Shown: positions 1 through 11,611, numbered from the stretch's first letter. The stretch: 64,000 nt of DNA from Neptunicella sp. (GCF_048268085.1 NZ_JBLWWF010000012.1:19909-83908), one strand, 5' to 3'. A program made the numbers and translations. Notes: generated by a model not told the origin, from the letters alone.

Positions 1-353
1 AAACAGAAGAACCAGACATATGGTTGCGTGAATATAACGACGATATCAAGTTATGGATCGATATTGGAGAGCCCACCGCAGAGCGGATGAAAAAAGCCTC
101 GCGCAGTGCGTCAAAAGCGCTGGTTTACAGTTTCAACTCAAAATCACCCGTATGGTGGCAATCGATTCAAAATAAAGTTAACAACTTGGATATAAGTGTC
201 TACCAATTATCTTGGGCCGGGATTCAGCAGTTAGCGCATTTGGTTGAACGGACGATGGATTTATCCGTAACCATTACCGGCGACTCGGCTTACATTGCGG
301 CTGCCAAAGGCGAATGTGAAGTAAGTTGGCTGGTACTGCAAGATAGCCAATAA
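1..353 (+). CDS. yaeQ: YaeQ family protein, C-terminal part (N-terminus lies upstream of the window)
   Basis: The reading frame is open from the window edge (codons from nt 3: T-E-E-P-D-I-W-L-R-E-Y...). The segment EPDIWLREYNDDIKLWIDIGEP...KASRSA resembles the YaeQ family as I remember it. Stop at 351-353. Confidence 0.8.
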   Translation, partial: TEEPDIWLREYNDDIKLWIDIGEPTAERMKKASRSASKALVYSFNSKSPVWWQSIQNKVNNLDISVYQLSWAGIQQLAHLVERTMDLSVTITGDSAYIAAAKGECEVSWLVLQDSQ

Positions 354-443
354 CTGCAGATAAATACATCCTCAGGATTTAATGGAAAATTCGGCATTGT
401 TCAACAACACTGTATGTCTGCTTATCCCACAAGATAGAATGCA

Positions 444-947
444 ATGTCACAAATGTTACGCCCATTATGCTCGTTACTTCAAAAATCCGCACAAATGGCC
501 ACGCTGGGGTTACTCGTTACATTACTGCTCAACGTAACAGGCTGTGCGGTTAAATTTGTATCAGATTATGATCCAGCGGTTAAAGAAGAGATTATCCGAG
601 TAGCGAAAGAAGTGGATCAGTTTTGGGGAGCATTGCTCGATACGGATCGAGCTCAGCGTAGCTACGACAATTTTGCAGAACAGTATAATCAGATTGAAAG
701 CGATATTCGTGCACTGGTGATGCGCAATGAGATTCGTTTAAACAATGCAGAATCAACCCGACAAGCCCAAATCGCATTGGAATTGTGGAGTGAGGATCGC
801 GCCTTGCACAAGCAAAACAACAATTTCAGTGATTTTGAGGCTAAAAATCATCGTCGCCAATTTACCCGGTTATTTACCACCATGGCCAAAGCTGAAGAAG
901 CCAAAAAAATGTCCTCGGTCACCAACTCCAACGGAGAAAATGAATGA
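444..947 (+). CDS. hypothetical lipoprotein
   Basis: The N-terminus has a hydrophobic stretch ending in a lipobox-like LNVTG-C. The rest is a helical, charged region with no family I recognise. Alternative start at 495. Confidence 0.6.
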   Translation: MSQMLRPLCSLLQKSAQMATLGLLVTLLLNVTGCAVKFVSDYDPAVKEEIIRVAKEVDQFWGALLDTDRAQRSYDNFAEQYNQIESDIRALVMRNEIRLNNAESTRQAQIALELWSEDRALHKQNNNFSDFEAKNHRRQFTRLFTTMAKAEEAKKMSSVTNSNGENE

Positions 948-1258
948 GTTTCGATATAAATCAAGTTTTAAAAGACATGACAACTGCCGTTATCGGGTGT
1001 GTTGATGAGGGTGGAAATGCAATTAAAACTGAAGTTAACGCTATTTTAACTACGGAAAAACAAGCCTTGATGGATATTGCCGAAGCCAGATTGCGCGGTG
1101 AAATAGATGACGACGTCGTGAAACGAGAAATAACGCGAGAAAAAAAGGTGGTTGAAGCGGAGCTATTAACTATTGTGGTGATGACCAAAGCCACCGCGCA
1201 ACGAGCAGTGAATGCCGCACTGGATGTATTTTTTGCCGCTTTACGCAATGCCATTTAA
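944..1258 (+). CDS. hypothetical small helical protein, translationally coupled to the upstream lipoprotein gene
   Basis: ATGA start/stop overlap with the 444..947 ORF. The 104-aa product has no signal peptide or TM segment and no family I recognise. Confidence 0.5.
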   Translation: MSFDINQVLKDMTTAVIGCVDEGGNAIKTEVNAILTTEKQALMDIAEARLRGEIDDDVVKREITREKKVVEAELLTIVVMTKATAQRAVNAALDVFFAALRNAI

Positions 1259-1271
1259 CCGCTGACGAGCG

Positions 1272-1760
1272 TTAGTCGCGGCTAGTACTTCTGCTATAGC
1301 TCTTAATTTTGGCGTGCACCCCCCGTCCCAATGCTTTTATATTTTTCTCGAGTAAGTCAACACCATACAAAATGGCTACCACTAGCAGTGACAACTTGAT
1401 CGCAGCGTGCAAATGCCCAATGGCGATAATGACGCCAATCGCGGCCAGAATCCAGATTGCAGCCGCAGAAGTCACACCAGCCACAGCGCCATCTTTGTTC
1501 ATCATAACTCCCGCGCCTAAAAAGCCGATACCGGTAATAACCTGGCCAATAACCCTTGATGGATCGATATGATCGCTTGTTAACCAAAAGGTGCTGGCCA
1601 GAAATAAATAGGTGCCGATGGTAATTAACGCAGAAGTGCGTATTCCTACAGGTTTGCCACGGAGTTGCCGCTCAAAACCGATAATACCTCCACAAAAAAT
1701 TGCCGTTAAAATAGACGGCCAATCATAGGGTGTAATATCAAAAATTTGCGTCATATCCAT
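1272..1760 (-). CDS. MgtC/SapB family membrane protein
   Basis: GFERQLRGKPVGIRTSALITIGTYLF and GFLGAGVMM motifs with about 4-5 TM segments are typical of the MgtC family. Confidence 0.85.
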   Translation of the reverse strand: MDMTQIFDITPYDWPSILTAIFCGGIIGFERQLRGKPVGIRTSALITIGTYLFLASTFWLTSDHIDPSRVIGQVITGIGFLGAGVMMNKDGAVAGVTSAAAIWILAAIGVIIAIGHLHAAIKLSLLVVAILYGVDLLEKNIKALGRGVHAKIKSYSRSTSRD

Positions 1761-1850
1761 GAGTTAGATTATTAAATAATAGTTCACGAAGTCTATTACC
1801 CATATTTAAACAGGATTTCTGCAACAGCAAGCAAAATATACTTGTTACAA

Positions 1851-1877
1851 AAATAAAAAAGCCCCAAACGGGGCTTT
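1851..1877 (-). terminator. intrinsic terminator after the DUF1338 gene
   Basis: Stem gcccc (1861-1865) pairs with ggggc (1870-1874), extended by aaa/ttt. On the minus strand it is followed by TTTTTTATTT (complement of 1851-1860). Confidence 0.75.
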
Positions 1878-1914
1878 AAAATGTAAGAGGCTCAACGCCT
1901 TATATCAATGTCTA

Positions 1915-2724
1915 TTACATAGCATTAGTACTTTCAAAGATTTTATCGGCCGAAGCAGCGACAAAACCTTTGTAGTAATTGCCATCTGCCATTTTGTAAC
2001 GCTGGGCGAACTCATAAAAACAGCTGGGAATTTCTACTGTTTTGTCGCTGAATTTGACCGGCATTTTATCCGCCATGGTCGAAGACTGGGCCAGACAGAC
2101 ATCGGCCCCGCCCTTAATTTCGCCACCAGAGGTATTCAACACAAAACCTGCCTCTTTCAGCGCAGCATTCACCTCGGTTAACTCGTTATAGCGAGTCAGG
2201 TAATTCACGCTGACAGTAAAGTGGTTGGCCCGGTAGCCCCAGGCTGACATCCACGCGGCATATTCCGATTCTGCTAATAACGCCTGATAATCTTCGCTGC
2301 TCACTTGCCAGTGGGTGCCGGAATACAGGAAATTATCCGCACTCGTCGCACCGGCGGGCACTTGCTCTACCATTTTATGTACAATAGCTTGTAACTCAGC
2401 TGAGCATTGTTCTAACAGTAACTCGCTAATAAATACTTTAGGCTTGGTATCATCAGGATGTTCAAAGTGTTTGGCTTTAAGCTTTTTTTGTTCAAAGTCA
2501 TACTGACCTTTTTCTTCATAGCCTAACGCCAAAAAGTGGGCGGCTAACTTATCCAGATTGACTTTTTCCAGATTAAAGGTCCGCAGCGCAATATGATCGT
2601 TAATAATATCATCGCCCTGGCCGAGTAACTGATGCACTTTTTGTGCTGAAGGGGTAATGGCAATGTAATCCTGCCAAAGATTGTCAAATAGGGTATCAAT
2701 ATTGTTATGCATGGCTTCTCTCAA
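1915..2724 (-). CDS. DUF1338 domain protein (YdcJ/HglS-like VOC-fold metalloenzyme family)
   Basis: The N-terminal DTLFDNLWQDYIAITPSAQKVHQLL...DHIALRTF pattern and length of about 270 aa match the DUF1338 family as I remember it. Confidence 0.7.
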   Translation of the reverse strand: MREAMHNNIDTLFDNLWQDYIAITPSAQKVHQLLGQGDDIINDHIALRTFNLEKVNLDKLAAHFLALGYEEKGQYDFEQKKLKAKHFEHPDDTKPKVFISELLLEQCSAELQAIVHKMVEQVPAGATSADNFLYSGTHWQVSSEDYQALLAESEYAAWMSAWGYRANHFTVSVNYLTRYNELTEVNAALKEAGFVLNTSGGEIKGGADVCLAQSSTMADKMPVKFSDKTVEIPSCFYEFAQRYKMADGNYYKGFVAASADKIFESTNAM

Positions 2725-2760
2725 ACATTTACTGACAAGATTATCAGTTGCTTAATCATA

Positions 2761-2793
2761 CAAAAAAGCACCAGAACGATATTGATCTGGCGC
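2761..2793 (-). terminator. intrinsic terminator between astD and the DUF1338 gene
   Basis: On the minus strand: GCGCCAGA-loop-TCTGGTGC (8-bp stem with one G-U pair) followed by TTTTTTG (complement of 2761-2767). Confidence 0.6.
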
Positions 2794-2801
2794 AACCATA
2801 A

Positions 2802-4268
2802 TTAAAACTTCAGACCTGGGCTTAAACTGCCAGGCATGGTGACTTTATCCAACTCGACTGAAGCTACCGGATAAGCGCAGTAATCGGCGGCATAATAGGC
2901 GCTAGCACGATGATTACCGCTTTCGCCGATACCACCAAAAGGAGCAGCACTACTGGCACCGGTGATAGGCCGGTTCCAGTTGACAATTCCGGCACGGATA
3001 CGGCTAAAGAAATGCTGATACAGCTCTTCGCTGTCTGACAATAAACCAGCCGATAATCCGAAAGCGGTATTATTGGCTTCATCAATTGCCGCATCGAAAT
3101 CGGTATAACGGATCACTTTAAGCAATGGTCCAAAATGTTCCTCATCCGGCATATCCGCCACAATATCGGTCACATCAATAATACCTGGTGTGACAAAACC
3201 GGTTTCCACGTCTTGATGTTGCATTTCGATTAAACTGGTCGCCCCCAGGTTTTGCAATTTTTGCTGGGCGGCAATCATCATTTTAGCCGCGTTAGCAGAA
3301 ATCATCGCGCCCATAAAAGGTTGGGGTTCGGCGGCATAATCACCCACCTGAATATTGGCCGTCACTTCCAGCAAGCGCGCTAAAATAGCATCACCTTGCG
3401 GATTATTTTCGATAAATAAACGACGGGAACAGGTACAACGTTGGCCGGAGGTAACGAAGGCCGACTGCACAATATCGTGCACCACCGCATCAACATCACT
3501 GGCATCTTTAACGATAAGCGGGTTGTTACCGCCCATTTCCAGCGCCAGAATTTTGCCTGGATGCCCGGCAAATTGCTCATGTAAAATTTTACCGGTACGA
3601 GAACTGCCAGTGAAAAACAAACCGTCAATATTGGCACTGCCAGCCAGCGCTTTACCGGTTTCAACTTCACCTTGTACCAGATTCAGCACGCCATCAGGCA
3701 AACCGGCTTTTTGCCAAAGTTGTACGGTTTTCTCTGCCACTAATGGGGTTAAATCGCTAGGCTTAAAAACAATGGTATTACCGGCTAAGAGCGCCGGTAC
3801 AATATGGCCGTTAGGTAAATGTCCGGGGAAGTTATATGGCCCAAATACCGCCACCACACCATGCGGTTTGTGACGAATAAAAGCCTTGCCAACGGGCATG
3901 GCATTTTCGACTGTACCGGTGCGCTCCTGATAGGCCCGCTCTGAGATGCCCACCTTACCGATCATGGCTGCCACTTCGGTGGCTGTTTCCCATAACGGTT
4001 TCCCAGTCTCTTGCGCGATAGTTAACGCCAATTCATCTTTATGTTGTGCCAACATCTCGGCAAAACGTTTTACAAACACTAAACGCTCGTCAAAACTAAA
4101 CTCACTCCAGGCGACAAACGCGGCACGGGCGGCACTGATTGCCTGCTCAACTTGGGCGGGGCTAGCAGCTTTTGCCTGCCAAAGCGTATTTTTTCTAGCT
4201 GAATCCACCGACGTCATTTCATGACCGTCACCGGACACCCATTGACCACCTATATAATGTGTTGTCAT
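2802..4268 (-). CDS. astD: succinylglutamate-semialdehyde dehydrogenase
   Basis: Near-colinear with E. coli AstD from memory: [72 protein letters not shown]. Confidence 0.95.
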   Translation of the reverse strand: MTTHYIGGQWVSGDGHEMTSVDSARKNTLWQAKAASPAQVEQAISAARAAFVAWSEFSFDERLVFVKRFAEMLAQHKDELALTIAQETGKPLWETATEVAAMIGKVGISERAYQERTGTVENAMPVGKAFIRHKPHGVVAVFGPYNFPGHLPNGHIVPALLAGNTIVFKPSDLTPLVAEKTVQLWQKAGLPDGVLNLVQGEVETGKALAGSANIDGLFFTGSSRTGKILHEQFAGHPGKILALEMGGNNPLIVKDASDVDAVVHDIVQSAFVTSGQRCTCSRRLFIENNPQGDAILARLLEVTANIQVGDYAAEPQPFMGAMISANAAKMMIAAQQKLQNLGATSLIEMQHQDVETGFVTPGIIDVTDIVADMPDEEHFGPLLKVIRYTDFDAAIDEANNTAFGLSAGLLSDSEELYQHFFSRIRAGIVNWNRPITGASSAAPFGGIGESGNHRASAYYAADYCAYPVASVELDKVTMPGSLSPGLKF

Positions 4269-4280
4269 TGCTTGAATTCC

Positions 4281-5297
4281 TTACAGTTTAATCGGTGCAA
4301 AACGCACCATATCGCCATCCTGCACATTAAGTGCCGTGGCCGCTGCTTCTGAAATGATGAGGTACTCATCTTGGACTAACGCGGGCACAGCCACCCCACG
4401 GAAGTCAGCGATTTGCGTATTAATGATAATTTTTACTTCGGCATGCTCTGGATGACCGATCTTCACTGCCAATTTCTGACTCGCCTGAGCGGTACGGATA
4501 TGTTGGACGTGGGCTTCAACCGTTGGACCGGCATCAAAAATATCTACATATCCACGACAACTGAACCCTTCCGAGTGCAATAATTGTAAAGCCGGTCGCG
4601 TTTTTTCATGCACTTTGCCGATCACCGCCTGTGCTTCTTTGCTCAACAAGCTGACATAAATCGGATATTTGGGCATTAATTCGGCAATAAAACCTTTCTG
4701 ACCAATGCCAGTAAGATAATCAACCGTCGGAAAATCCAGTGAGAAAAAATGCTCTTCCAACCATTGCCAAAAAGGCGAATTACCATTTTCATCGGAAACC
4801 CCACGCATTTCAGCAATTACCCGCTCTGAAAATCGCTGTGCATGTTCGGCAATAAATAGAAAACGGAATTTAGACAAAAATCGACCATTGTAACTTTTAC
4901 GTGCCTGTTCACGTAAAAACAAGGTACAAATTTCCGACACACCGGTGTAGTCATTACAGCAGGTTAAAATATCGATAGGGTTGTAGATATTTAACTCTCT
5001 CGACGTATGCACTACTTTACCCATATGGTAATGATAAAATGCATCATCCAGTCCGACCGCAGCCTGAATACCACTAGTCCCAACTACTTCATTACTGTGG
5101 GTATCTTGCATCACAAACAGGTAGCTTTCCGGCCCCGGTTTCTCAACATGATGAGTAAAAGAGCGAATCGATTGTTCGATTTTTTTATGCAGTAATTGTT
5201 CATTCACCGGCAGTGAAGTGAAACCCACTCCGGATTCCACTGCACACTGGTACAACGCCTCAAAATCGCTAGCCTGAATTGGCCTGATTACCATCAT
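4281..5297 (-). CDS. astA: arginine N-succinyltransferase
   Basis: MMVIRPIQASD... matches the E. coli AstA N-terminus (MMVIRPVERSD). VIAEMRGV.DE.G.SPFWQ and FIAELMPK.PIY are conserved. Start moved to the double ATG at 5297/5294 rather than the ORF-track start at 5333. Confidence 0.93.
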   Translation of the reverse strand: MMVIRPIQASDFEALYQCAVESGVGFTSLPVNEQLLHKKIEQSIRSFTHHVEKPGPESYLFVMQDTHSNEVVGTSGIQAAVGLDDAFYHYHMGKVVHTSRELNIYNPIDILTCCNDYTGVSEICTLFLREQARKSYNGRFLSKFRFLFIAEHAQRFSERVIAEMRGVSDENGNSPFWQWLEEHFFSLDFPTVDYLTGIGQKGFIAELMPKYPIYVSLLSKEAQAVIGKVHEKTRPALQLLHSEGFSCRGYVDIFDAGPTVEAHVQHIRTAQASQKLAVKIGHPEHAEVKIIINTQIADFRGVAVPALVQDEYLIISEAAATALNVQDGDMVRFAPIKL

Positions 5298-5322
5298 TGC
5301 TGCTTGCTCCGACACACAAATA

Positions 5323-6549
<1,227 letters not shown>

Positions 6550-6763
6550 TTAGGTTGTCCATTCAGGATGGAAAAAATTGCCGACATTATTCCAGAAGAA
6601 AACACGCTTGTCTCCTACTAGATAATTTACAGTATCGCTTAAAAATAAAGGGATGCAGGTATAATTGCAGAATTTATGAATAACTATTAGTAATTATTTA
6701 TTCTTTTTAAAGCAAATATACAGGAATAAATATATCACTTGCATAACTAAGCAGAAACTAAAT

Positions 6764-7942
6764 TTAATCTTGTTGTTCCGCACTTTGATTAAGAGTTAAA
6801 TCTAACTTGGACAGATTAGTCTGTTTGAGTAAGGCTAAAGAGCCTTTGGGCATGTTAAAGCAGCGCAAATAATCTTTTGCTTCTTCAGTATTAATTAATT
6901 TGAATTCTTTAAGGTTACGATATTTTGTGTATGCAGACGCCTGACTTAATACTTTTGCCATCGGTGACATTTCGCCAATGGGTAGTTGCTCGGCATACTC
7001 AGAAATAGCATGGCTAATATACACTCGTCGCATATCCATGCGTTTTATCATTTTACTTGAAAGTCCGGCACTGCGTTGCATAATTAGCTCACGCAAAAAA
7101 TCAGCATTAGGTTTTAGCTCGCGAAGTGCGTCGTATTCCTGTTTCTTTTGATGATCTTGCGCTTCTTTCAATGCGTCACGAAGCACCAGTTCAAACAGGC
7201 GAAAATAGAGTCTGACCACCACAATACTTCCAAGGTTTTTAAACATCCCCAAGGTAAAAGCCATACCTTTGTCTTGTCCTACCAACTCAGCTATTTTGCT
7301 ACAACTAATCGCTGTACCAATGGAGTTATCCCATAAACGTCCTTTAATCGACGGATAAGGATCGGTGATCTGTGGTAGCCAACGGCGCATCGCCATGGCG
7401 GGTATCACCATTTTTAAGTTTTCAATACCAATAAAACTCAATGCCATACGCAAACTTTCTACTGCAATACTCTTGCCCTTGCGATCGACACGACGGTATT
7501 TGGGCATATTAACCATTTTGATTAAGTCTTTAACTAACCAAGGCATAGTGGCAATGACCGGTTCAATCCGGCCGATTGAAGCGGCTTTAACACTGAGTAT
7601 ATCTAACACGTCCGGTAAGTTTTCATTAATACCCAATACTTTTCTATAGATCGTTTCTTCATCAAGTAACTCTGCGTCAAAACGAACCATTAATTCATCG
7701 TGGATATGTCCCAGCATCGAATCGAGCAGACTTTTTTTGGAACGATCATTCAATTCACGATCCCGTACCGCAATTTTCTCAATCCTCAGCAGCTCTCGTT
7801 TAGCCTTGTCTTCCGTCGATGAAGCGGCATCGGATAGCGCGTCATTTTCAGCATTGACGATATCTTTAATTTTACCAAGATCCATCATCATGGTATTGAT
7901 GCGAAAATCGATGTCAGTAATGATGGGAATTGTACTACTCAT
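6764..7942 (-). CDS. HDOD domain signalling protein with an uncharacterised N-terminal region
   Basis: The central and C-terminal part (ALSFIGIENLKMVIPAMAM...LWDNSIGTAISCSKIAE...FTLGMFKNLG) looks like an HDOD domain. The first 130 aa or so are coiled and charged with no family I recognise. Confidence 0.7.
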   Translation of the reverse strand: MSSTIPIITDIDFRINTMMMDLGKIKDIVNAENDALSDAASSTEDKAKRELLRIEKIAVRDRELNDRSKKSLLDSMLGHIHDELMVRFDAELLDEETIYRKVLGINENLPDVLDILSVKAASIGRIEPVIATMPWLVKDLIKMVNMPKYRRVDRKGKSIAVESLRMALSFIGIENLKMVIPAMAMRRWLPQITDPYPSIKGRLWDNSIGTAISCSKIAELVGQDKGMAFTLGMFKNLGSIVVVRLYFRLFELVLRDALKEAQDHQKKQEYDALRELKPNADFLRELIMQRSAGLSSKMIKRMDMRRVYISHAISEYAEQLPIGEMSPMAKVLSQASAYTKYRNLKEFKLINTEEAKDYLRCFNMPKGSLALLKQTNLSKLDLTLNQSAEQQD

Positions 7943-8054
7943 ATGAAGTTATATTATTTCTGATTTTTATCTTGTATCGGTATAAGTGACGAATCTTACA
8001 GTGAAATCTGTCAGATGTGGATAAAATTTATTAGTCTAATAACGCTAAACTTTT

Positions 8055-8651
8055 CTATATTTTTGCTATCTGTTTTAATTTCAGGAAGTTAGATAAAATC
8101 TGATGACCACTGGTAGTCATTACTGACTCAGGATGAAATTGCACCCCACACAACGGCATCTGTTTATGCTCTATTGCCATCACTGCCTCGGTTGAACCAT
8201 CCTGATAGACCGTTCTGGCCGTGATAGTAAAGTCATCCGATATACTATCGGGCTGTAAAACTAGCGAATGATAACGGGTGGCAATAAAAGGATCCGGTAC
8301 CCCTTCAAACAAAGCCGATTGACTGTGTTGCACTTGCGAGGTTTTACCATGTAAGACCTGATTGGCACGTACCACCTTAGCCCCAAACACCTGACCGATT
8401 GCCTGATACCCCAGACACACACCTAATATAGGAATGATACCGGCAAAATGCTTAATGGCAGCCAAGCTAATGCCCGCCTCATCAGGAGTACAGGGCCCCG
8501 GTGAAATGACTAGATAGTCGGGAGCCAATGCTTCGATTTGGGGCAATGATAGGCCATCATTGCGATACACCTCAACCTGTTGCCCCAATTCACCAAAGTA
8601 GCGCGCCAGATTATGGGTAAAGGAATCGTAATTATCGATTAACAACAGCAT
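8055..8651 (-). CDS. pabA: aminodeoxychorismate/anthranilate synthase glutamine amidotransferase component II
   Basis: MLLLIDNYDSFTHNLARYF..., GVCLGYQAIG (catalytic Cys) and GVQFHPES are class-I GATase signatures. The argD-pabA neighbourhood matches E. coli. Confidence 0.9.
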   Translation of the reverse strand: MLLLIDNYDSFTHNLARYFGELGQQVEVYRNDGLSLPQIEALAPDYLVISPGPCTPDEAGISLAAIKHFAGIIPILGVCLGYQAIGQVFGAKVVRANQVLHGKTSQVQHSQSALFEGVPDPFIATRYHSLVLQPDSISDDFTITARTVYQDGSTEAVMAIEHKQMPLCGVQFHPESVMTTSGHQILSNFLKLKQIAKI

Positions 8652-8684
8652 AAGGGCTTCATCGTCATTAAGAACCGCTACAAT

Positions 8685-9689
8685 TTATGGTCGTGGAATA
8701 AATCCCACTGATTGATAGACTTTACTTAATGTTTGCGCGGCTCTTTCACTAGCGGCTTCCGCGCCTACTCGCATTATACGATTTAACTCATCACGATTGT
8801 TACGCAAATCCTGATAGCGTTGCTGAATTGGCTCAATTAACGCCACTACTGCATCCGCGACATCACCTTTTAAATGTCCGTACATTTTGCCTTCATATTC
8901 TGGCACCAAATCAGCCACAGGTTTATTCAATGCACCGGAAAGTAATGTCAGTAAATTAGATACACCGGCTTTTTCTTTCGGATCAAAATAAATACGTGCC
9001 TGTTCATCTGAATCCGTTACCGCACGTTTTATCTTTTTGGCGATTTTCTTCGGTTCTTCCAGTAATCCAATAAAATTATTTGGATTATCATCTGATTTAG
9101 ACATTTTCTTGGCCGGATCCTGCAAACTCATAATCCGCGCACCAAATTCCGGTATGTAGGGCTCTGGGATGGCAAATACATCACCGTACAAATTGTTCAT
9201 GCGACTGGCCACATCCCGCGCCAACTCCAAATGCTGCTTTTGATCTTCACCAACAGGGACCTGATTGGCTTGATAAATTAAAATATCCGCTGCCATAAGG
9301 GCTGGGTAGGTAAATAATCCGGCATTAATATTAGAGACATTCTTAGCTGATTTATCTTTGAATTGAGTCATGCGGTTCAATTCACCCATTTGGGTGTAGC
9401 AGTTTAATATCCAGGCAAGCTGTGCATGCTCCGGCACATGAGACTGCATAAAGACGGTACTTTGTTCTGGATCAATGCCGCAAGCAATATATAAAGCCAA
9501 CCCATCTAAACAGGCTTCATGTAATATTTTAGGATCCTGACGCACCGTAATCGCATGTAAATCAACCAGCATATATAAGCAGTCGTAGTCTGGTTGCATG
9601 GCAACCCACTGTTTAAGCGCTCCCATATAATTTCCAATGGTAAGTTGTCCAGATGGCTGACAGCCGCTTAAAACGATAGGTTTACTCAT
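8685..9689 (-). CDS. trpS: tryptophan--tRNA ligase
   Basis: [17 protein letters not shown], the KMSKS motif (KKMSKSD) and [10 protein letters not shown]. Start set at ATG 9689 (MSKPIVL...). The ORF-track start at 9731 adds 14 unlikely residues. Confidence 0.95.
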   Translation of the reverse strand: MSKPIVLSGCQPSGQLTIGNYMGALKQWVAMQPDYDCLYMLVDLHAITVRQDPKILHEACLDGLALYIACGIDPEQSTVFMQSHVPEHAQLAWILNCYTQMGELNRMTQFKDKSAKNVSNINAGLFTYPALMAADILIYQANQVPVGEDQKQHLELARDVASRMNNLYGDVFAIPEPYIPEFGARIMSLQDPAKKMSKSDDNPNNFIGLLEEPKKIAKKIKRAVTDSDEQARIYFDPKEKAGVSNLLTLLSGALNKPVADLVPEYEGKMYGHLKGDVADAVVALIEPIQQRYQDLRNNRDELNRIMRVGAEAASERAAQTLSKVYQSVGFIPRP

Positions 9690-9743
9690 GAGAAATACTT
9701 CTTCTATTGGGGTTGGCAATAAACTTACCAAACAATTAAATAA

Positions 9744-10415
9744 TTAACTTGCAGATGCCAATTTTGCACGCATTTCAGCAATGACTTGCGCATAATCTGC
9801 CTGTTCAAAAATAGCAGAACCGGCAACAAAGGTATCTACTCCGGCTTCCGCGATGGCGCGAATATTATCGACTTTTACGCCTCCGTCAATTTCTATCCGA
9901 ATTTGCTTGCCGCTGGCTGTAATTATTTGCTTAAGGTGGCGGACTTTATCCAATATAGACGGGATAAAAGACTGTCCACCAAAACCTGGATTAACTGACA
10001 TCAATAAAACGTGGTCGAGTCTATCCATTACATGATCCAAACAATTAAGGGAGGTGGCGGGATTAATTGCTAATCCAGCTTTACAGCCATGCTCCTTAAT
10101 GAGTTGCAAACTTCGATCAACATGTTGGGAAGCTTCGGGATGAAAACTAATCCAATCGGCTCCCGCTTCAGCAAAGGCACTGATCATGGCGTCGACTGGC
10201 TGCACCATTAAATGCACATCGATAGGGGCGGTAACACCATGCTGGCGCAGCGCTTTGCATATCATCGGACCAAAAGTCAGGTTGGGTACGTAATGGTTAT
10301 CCATGACATCAAAATGAATAATATCCGCACCTGCCGATAAGACATCATCAACCTCTTGGCCTAAGCGGGCGAAGTTGGCGGAAAGAATAGAGGGTGCAAT
10401 AAAAAATGATGACAT
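9744..10415 (-). CDS. rpe: ribulose-phosphate 3-epimerase
   Basis: [34 protein letters not shown] and [11 protein letters not shown] are canonical Rpe motifs. Confidence 0.95.
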   Translation of the reverse strand: MSSFFIAPSILSANFARLGQEVDDVLSAGADIIHFDVMDNHYVPNLTFGPMICKALRQHGVTAPIDVHLMVQPVDAMISAFAEAGADWISFHPEASQHVDRSLQLIKEHGCKAGLAINPATSLNCLDHVMDRLDHVLLMSVNPGFGGQSFIPSILDKVRHLKQIITASGKQIRIEIDGGVKVDNIRAIAEAGVDTFVAGSAIFEQADYAQVIAEMRAKLASAS

Positions 10416-10480
10416 AAATAAACCAGCAAAATTAAAGTCTTACTTTAACTAAATTTAACCTGCTAAAAAAGCTTTGTAAT

Positions 10481-10518
10481 TTGCACCATTAACACACATT
10501 AGGATCATACTGGTGCAA
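10481..10518. promoter_or_regulatory. inverted 8-mers TTGCACCA / TGGTGCAA (NtrC-half-site-like) upstream of the porin gene
   Basis: ttgcacca at 10481-10488 and tggtgcaa at 10511-10518 are exact reverse complements, 22 nt apart. Each matches one arm of the NtrC consensus TGCACC-N5-GGTGCA, but the spacing is not canonical. Confidence 0.25.
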
Positions 10519-10647
10519 AATAGATAGAACAGGCAATTTCCCAATCACTTAAATTTGTGCCATAAAAAACTTGATACATTCTATTTATTGTATATATATC
10601 AATAAATTAAGTGTTAATTGATAAAATTTATTTGACCAATAAACATT

Positions 10648-10665
10648 CAGGTATTGAATTTGCTC
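10648..10665 (+). promoter_or_regulatory. sigma-54-like -24/-12 element upstream of the porin gene
   Basis: cAGGtattgaattTGCTc: GG at 10650-10651 and GC at 10662-10663 with the canonical 10-nt gap. The -12 TTGC is perfect and the -24 box is weak. It lies about 35 nt upstream of the ATG at 10699. Confidence 0.3.
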
Positions 10666-10698
10666 TATCTTGGTTAATAACAATAAAGGAGACACAAC

Positions 10699-11370
10699 AT
10701 GATGAAAAAACTCAACTTAGTTCTATTAGCTGCACCATTATTAGCCGTTTCAAGCATGGCCAGTGCTGAATTTTCTACTAACTTTGGTGTGACCAGCAAC
10801 TACTTATGGCGTGGTGTAACACAAAGTTCAGATGCCCCTTCTGTATCTGGTGGTTTAGATGTGACTTCTGAGTCAGGTTTATATGCCGGTACCTGGATTG
10901 GCACCATTGACTGGGGACAAGGCGGTGGTTACGAAAATGACTACTACTTTGGCTATAGCGGCGAATCTGACGGTTTTGGTTACGATGTAGGTTATATCTA
11001 CTATGCCTATCCAGAACAAGAATATGATGATTCCAACTTTGGCGAACTTTATTTTAACGGTACGTTAGGCGCGTTTGGATTTGGCGTGGCTTACACTGTT
11101 AACAGCGATGCCGATGACGATGTTCCATTCGGCAAAGGCGATCTGTATTACAGTGTTAGCTATGGTTTTGAATTAGCGGATGATTATGGTCTGGGCTTTA
11201 CCTTAGGTCACTATGACTTTGATGTTCCCAGTTCTGCTGGCGATGTGGATTATACACATGTACAAGTTGACTTAACCAAAGGTGATTTTACGTTCAGCGT
11301 ATCTAAAGCCACTGAAGATTCTGGCGACGACGATATGAAAATCGCAGTAAGCTGGGGCGCAAGCTTCTAA
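10699..11370 (+). CDS. TorF-family (TIGR02001-like) putative outer-membrane porin
   Basis: Signal peptide ...SSMASA-EF, then FSTNFGVTSNYLWRGVTQSSDAPSVSGGLDV...GLYAGTW, the family signature as I remember it. Gly/Tyr/Asp-rich beta-barrel-like body ending in aromatic F. Confidence 0.7.
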   Translation: MMKKLNLVLLAAPLLAVSSMASAEFSTNFGVTSNYLWRGVTQSSDAPSVSGGLDVTSESGLYAGTWIGTIDWGQGGGYENDYYFGYSGESDGFGYDVGYIYYAYPEQEYDDSNFGELYFNGTLGAFGFGVAYTVNSDADDDVPFGKGDLYYSVSYGFELADDYGLGFTLGHYDFDVPSSAGDVDYTHVQVDLTKGDFTFSVSKATEDSGDDDMKIAVSWGASF

Positions 11371-11611
11371 TAAGCCAACTGCGCTAGTTAAGTGAATATA
11401 TCTATCAATCGGCACGGGTTTTAATTAACCCGATAATAATAAAGTTCTGTTATATAACAGCAATAAGCCGATTATAGATTGTTTAACTTGATATTTTTAT
11501 GTGCGTTTTAAGAATTTACGATAAACCGACTCTTTTTATCGACAAAGCTTATTGTTGATTATTTGAACTAGGTTATACTAGCTGCATGGTTATAAATGCA
11601 GATCTTTTATT

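Noticed and set aside
1761-1850. There could be a Mg2+-responsive leader upstream of the mgtC-family gene.
   Set aside because: Only about 90 nt lie between the start codon and the upstream terminator, with no extended pairing visible. That is too short for an M-box-type element.
3355-3873. Long antisense or alternative-frame ORFs from the ORF track lie inside well-supported genes. Examples are 3355..3873, 13405..13761, 45556..46062, 46678..47025, 53023..53445 and 35113..35598.
   Set aside because: Each is fully embedded in a gene with strong family-level similarity on the other strand or frame. Their translations are low-complexity (Ser/Ala/Cys/Arg-rich) with no recognisable motifs, which is typical of shadow ORFs.
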